IMG/VR virus record: IMGVR_UViG_3300045000_000052
Coordinates: 1-56,250 of that record
Length of the DNA: 56,250 bases
Direction: 5' to 3' (one strand)
Source: a virus
Taxonomy: Duplodnaviria; Caudoviricetes
Shown here in pieces: positions 55,184 through 56,250 of this stretch. The translations under genes and the position numbers were made by a program. The notes beneath the pieces were generated by a model. It did not search any database. It had not been told where the DNA came from and saw nothing but the letters and a program-made list of their open reading frames with translations. Each line of letters opens with the position of its first letter. The first letter of the stretch is position 1.

Positions 55184-55662
55184 TCGTCCGGGTCGGGTTC
55201 CGGTGGGCTGGCGAACCGCTCACGCGACGAACGCCGGATCGGGGTGACCGAGCCCGCGCCGGCGCCGGCGGCGACCAGCTTGGGCGCCTCAACCACGATT
55301 TTCCAGCGATGCATGCGCATGCCCGGCAGGCTCACCCCGATGGCCTCGCCGAGCTGGCGGTACATCGTGCGGGCCGCCAGCGAGGCGCCGGGCTGTTCCG
55401 CCTCGGTGAACACCCGGATGTAGTGCGCTAGGTCGTCGGCCATGCCGAGGCGTTCCCACATGATCGCCTGCGGCTTGCGCCAGTAGCGGGCCCACAGCTC
55501 GCGCTCGCGGCGGGTGGCCCGGGGCTCGAGCGGCCAGGCGGGCAGCCGTTTGCCCACCCGCCCCTCGGCCGGCAGGAGGATCCAATCCCCGCCCTGGCCT
55601 TTCGCGCTGCGGATGCTGTCCGGTTCGGGCCGGCGGCCGGCATTAGCTCGAGGGCTTCCCAT
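55180..55662 (-). CDS. terS: Terminase small subunit
   Basis: LPAEGR...PAWPL...WRKPQAIMW...IGVSLPGM..HRWKI; coupled to TerL. Confidence 0.85.
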   Translation of the reverse strand: MGSPRANAGRRPEPDSIRSAKGQGGDWILLPAEGRVGKRLPAWPLEPRATRRERELWARYWRKPQAIMWERLGMADDLAHYIRVFTEAEQPGASLAARTMYRQLGEAIGVSLPGMRMHRWKIVVEAPKLVAAGAGAGSVTPIRRSSRERFASPPEPDPDE

Positions 55663-55709
55663 TGTTTCTCCCGATATCGCATCGGCCGGGGCATCGCGCC
55701 CCGATGGTG

Positions 55710-55898
55710 TTATTTCTTTTTGAACTTGCGAGCGTTCTTGGCGAACACCGCCCGCTTTCTGGTGGTCGGATTCTTAGACTTGGCCAGCTTATCCAGCGTG
55801 GCCGCCGGGATCTTTTTTCCTTTTTTGGCCCCGGCCGCTTTCCGCAATTTCCCGGCATTCGATTTCTTTATCGAGATGCCCGATTTCTTTTTAGCCAA
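55710..55898 (-). CDS. Small Lys-rich basic protein
   Basis: TTG start with GGAGG RBS; (M)AKKKSGISIKKSNAGKLRKAAGAKKGKKIPAATLDKLAKSKNPTTRKRAVFAKNARKFKKK. Confidence 0.65.
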   Translation of the reverse strand: MAKKKSGISIKKSNAGKLRKAAGAKKGKKIPAATLDKLAKSKNPTTRKRAVFAKNARKFKKK

Positions 55899-56128
55899 TG
55901 GTGTTCGCCTCCCGCCGCCATTATTCTGGTCTCCATTATCCGGCGCTCCCGCTTGCAGAATGCGCCGGGGTCGAGCCCCCACCGGTCAGCGTCCCACTCG
56001 GTGGCCAGTAGAAGATCAGCGGCCAGCCGGTCTAGTTGATCATCCAGCTGGGCCGGGGTGGCCGCCAAGTTGATCAATCGTTTCAGCTGGTCAGCGTGCC
56101 AGGCCAGGCTATCCACGGAGCAGCCCAT
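55868..56128 (-). CDS. Hypothetical protein
   Basis: GGGAGAG RBS upstream of ATG. Confidence 0.45.
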   Translation of the reverse strand: MGCSVDSLAWHADQLKRLINLAATPAQLDDQLDRLAADLLLATEWDADRWGLDPGAFCKRERRIMETRIMAAGGEHHWLKRNRASR

Positions 56129-56250
56129 CGTCTCTCCCCATCGTTTCCGCTGGTCAGGGGCTTGCGGTTGATCACGGTCAGCGGCCGGGCCGCCGGTTGT
56201 CGAGCCGTTGATCTTGGTGAGCTTGAAAACCGCCGCACCAACAGCCGCCC

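Noticed and set aside
25275-56073. Many long plus-strand ORFs over the structural block (e.g. 27476-28669, 35062-36171, 54221-55423)
   Set aside because: Antisense shadows of high-GC genes; R/G/P-rich with no motifs
56129-56250. Possible genome terminus or cos/pac site upstream of the terminase genes
   Set aside because: The position is suggestive, but no recognisable end motif and the window edge may be arbitrary; read-end data are needed

Overview
This window is most of a high-GC, siphovirus-type actinobacteriophage genome (or prophage) in three blocks. (1) 1-6868, minus strand: replication/recombination genes (Prim-Pol, RuvC-like resolvase, HNH, SNF2-like helicase, Q/P/G-rich SSB-like protein, Cas4/RecB-like exonuclease). 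(2) 7057-24886, plus strand: a dense arm of small, translationally coupled accessory genes. It includes HTH regulators, many Cys/His zinc-binding microproteins, a C5 DNA methyltransferase, a lipoprotein and, unexpectedly, a second complete terminase large subunit plus a TerS-like gene. (3) 56128-25176, minus strand: a full packaging, head, tail and lysis region (TerS, TerL, SPP1-like portal, scaffold, capsid, neck, tail, frameshifted chaperones, tape measure, minor tails, endolysin, holin, tail fibres). Inserted in the lysis region is a moron-like unit encoding a class F sortase next to a signal-peptide/APETG cell-wall-sorting substrate, which is the most novel-looking system here. No integrase, tRNA or CRISPR array was seen. 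All calls come from motif reading and synteny; no database searches were run.
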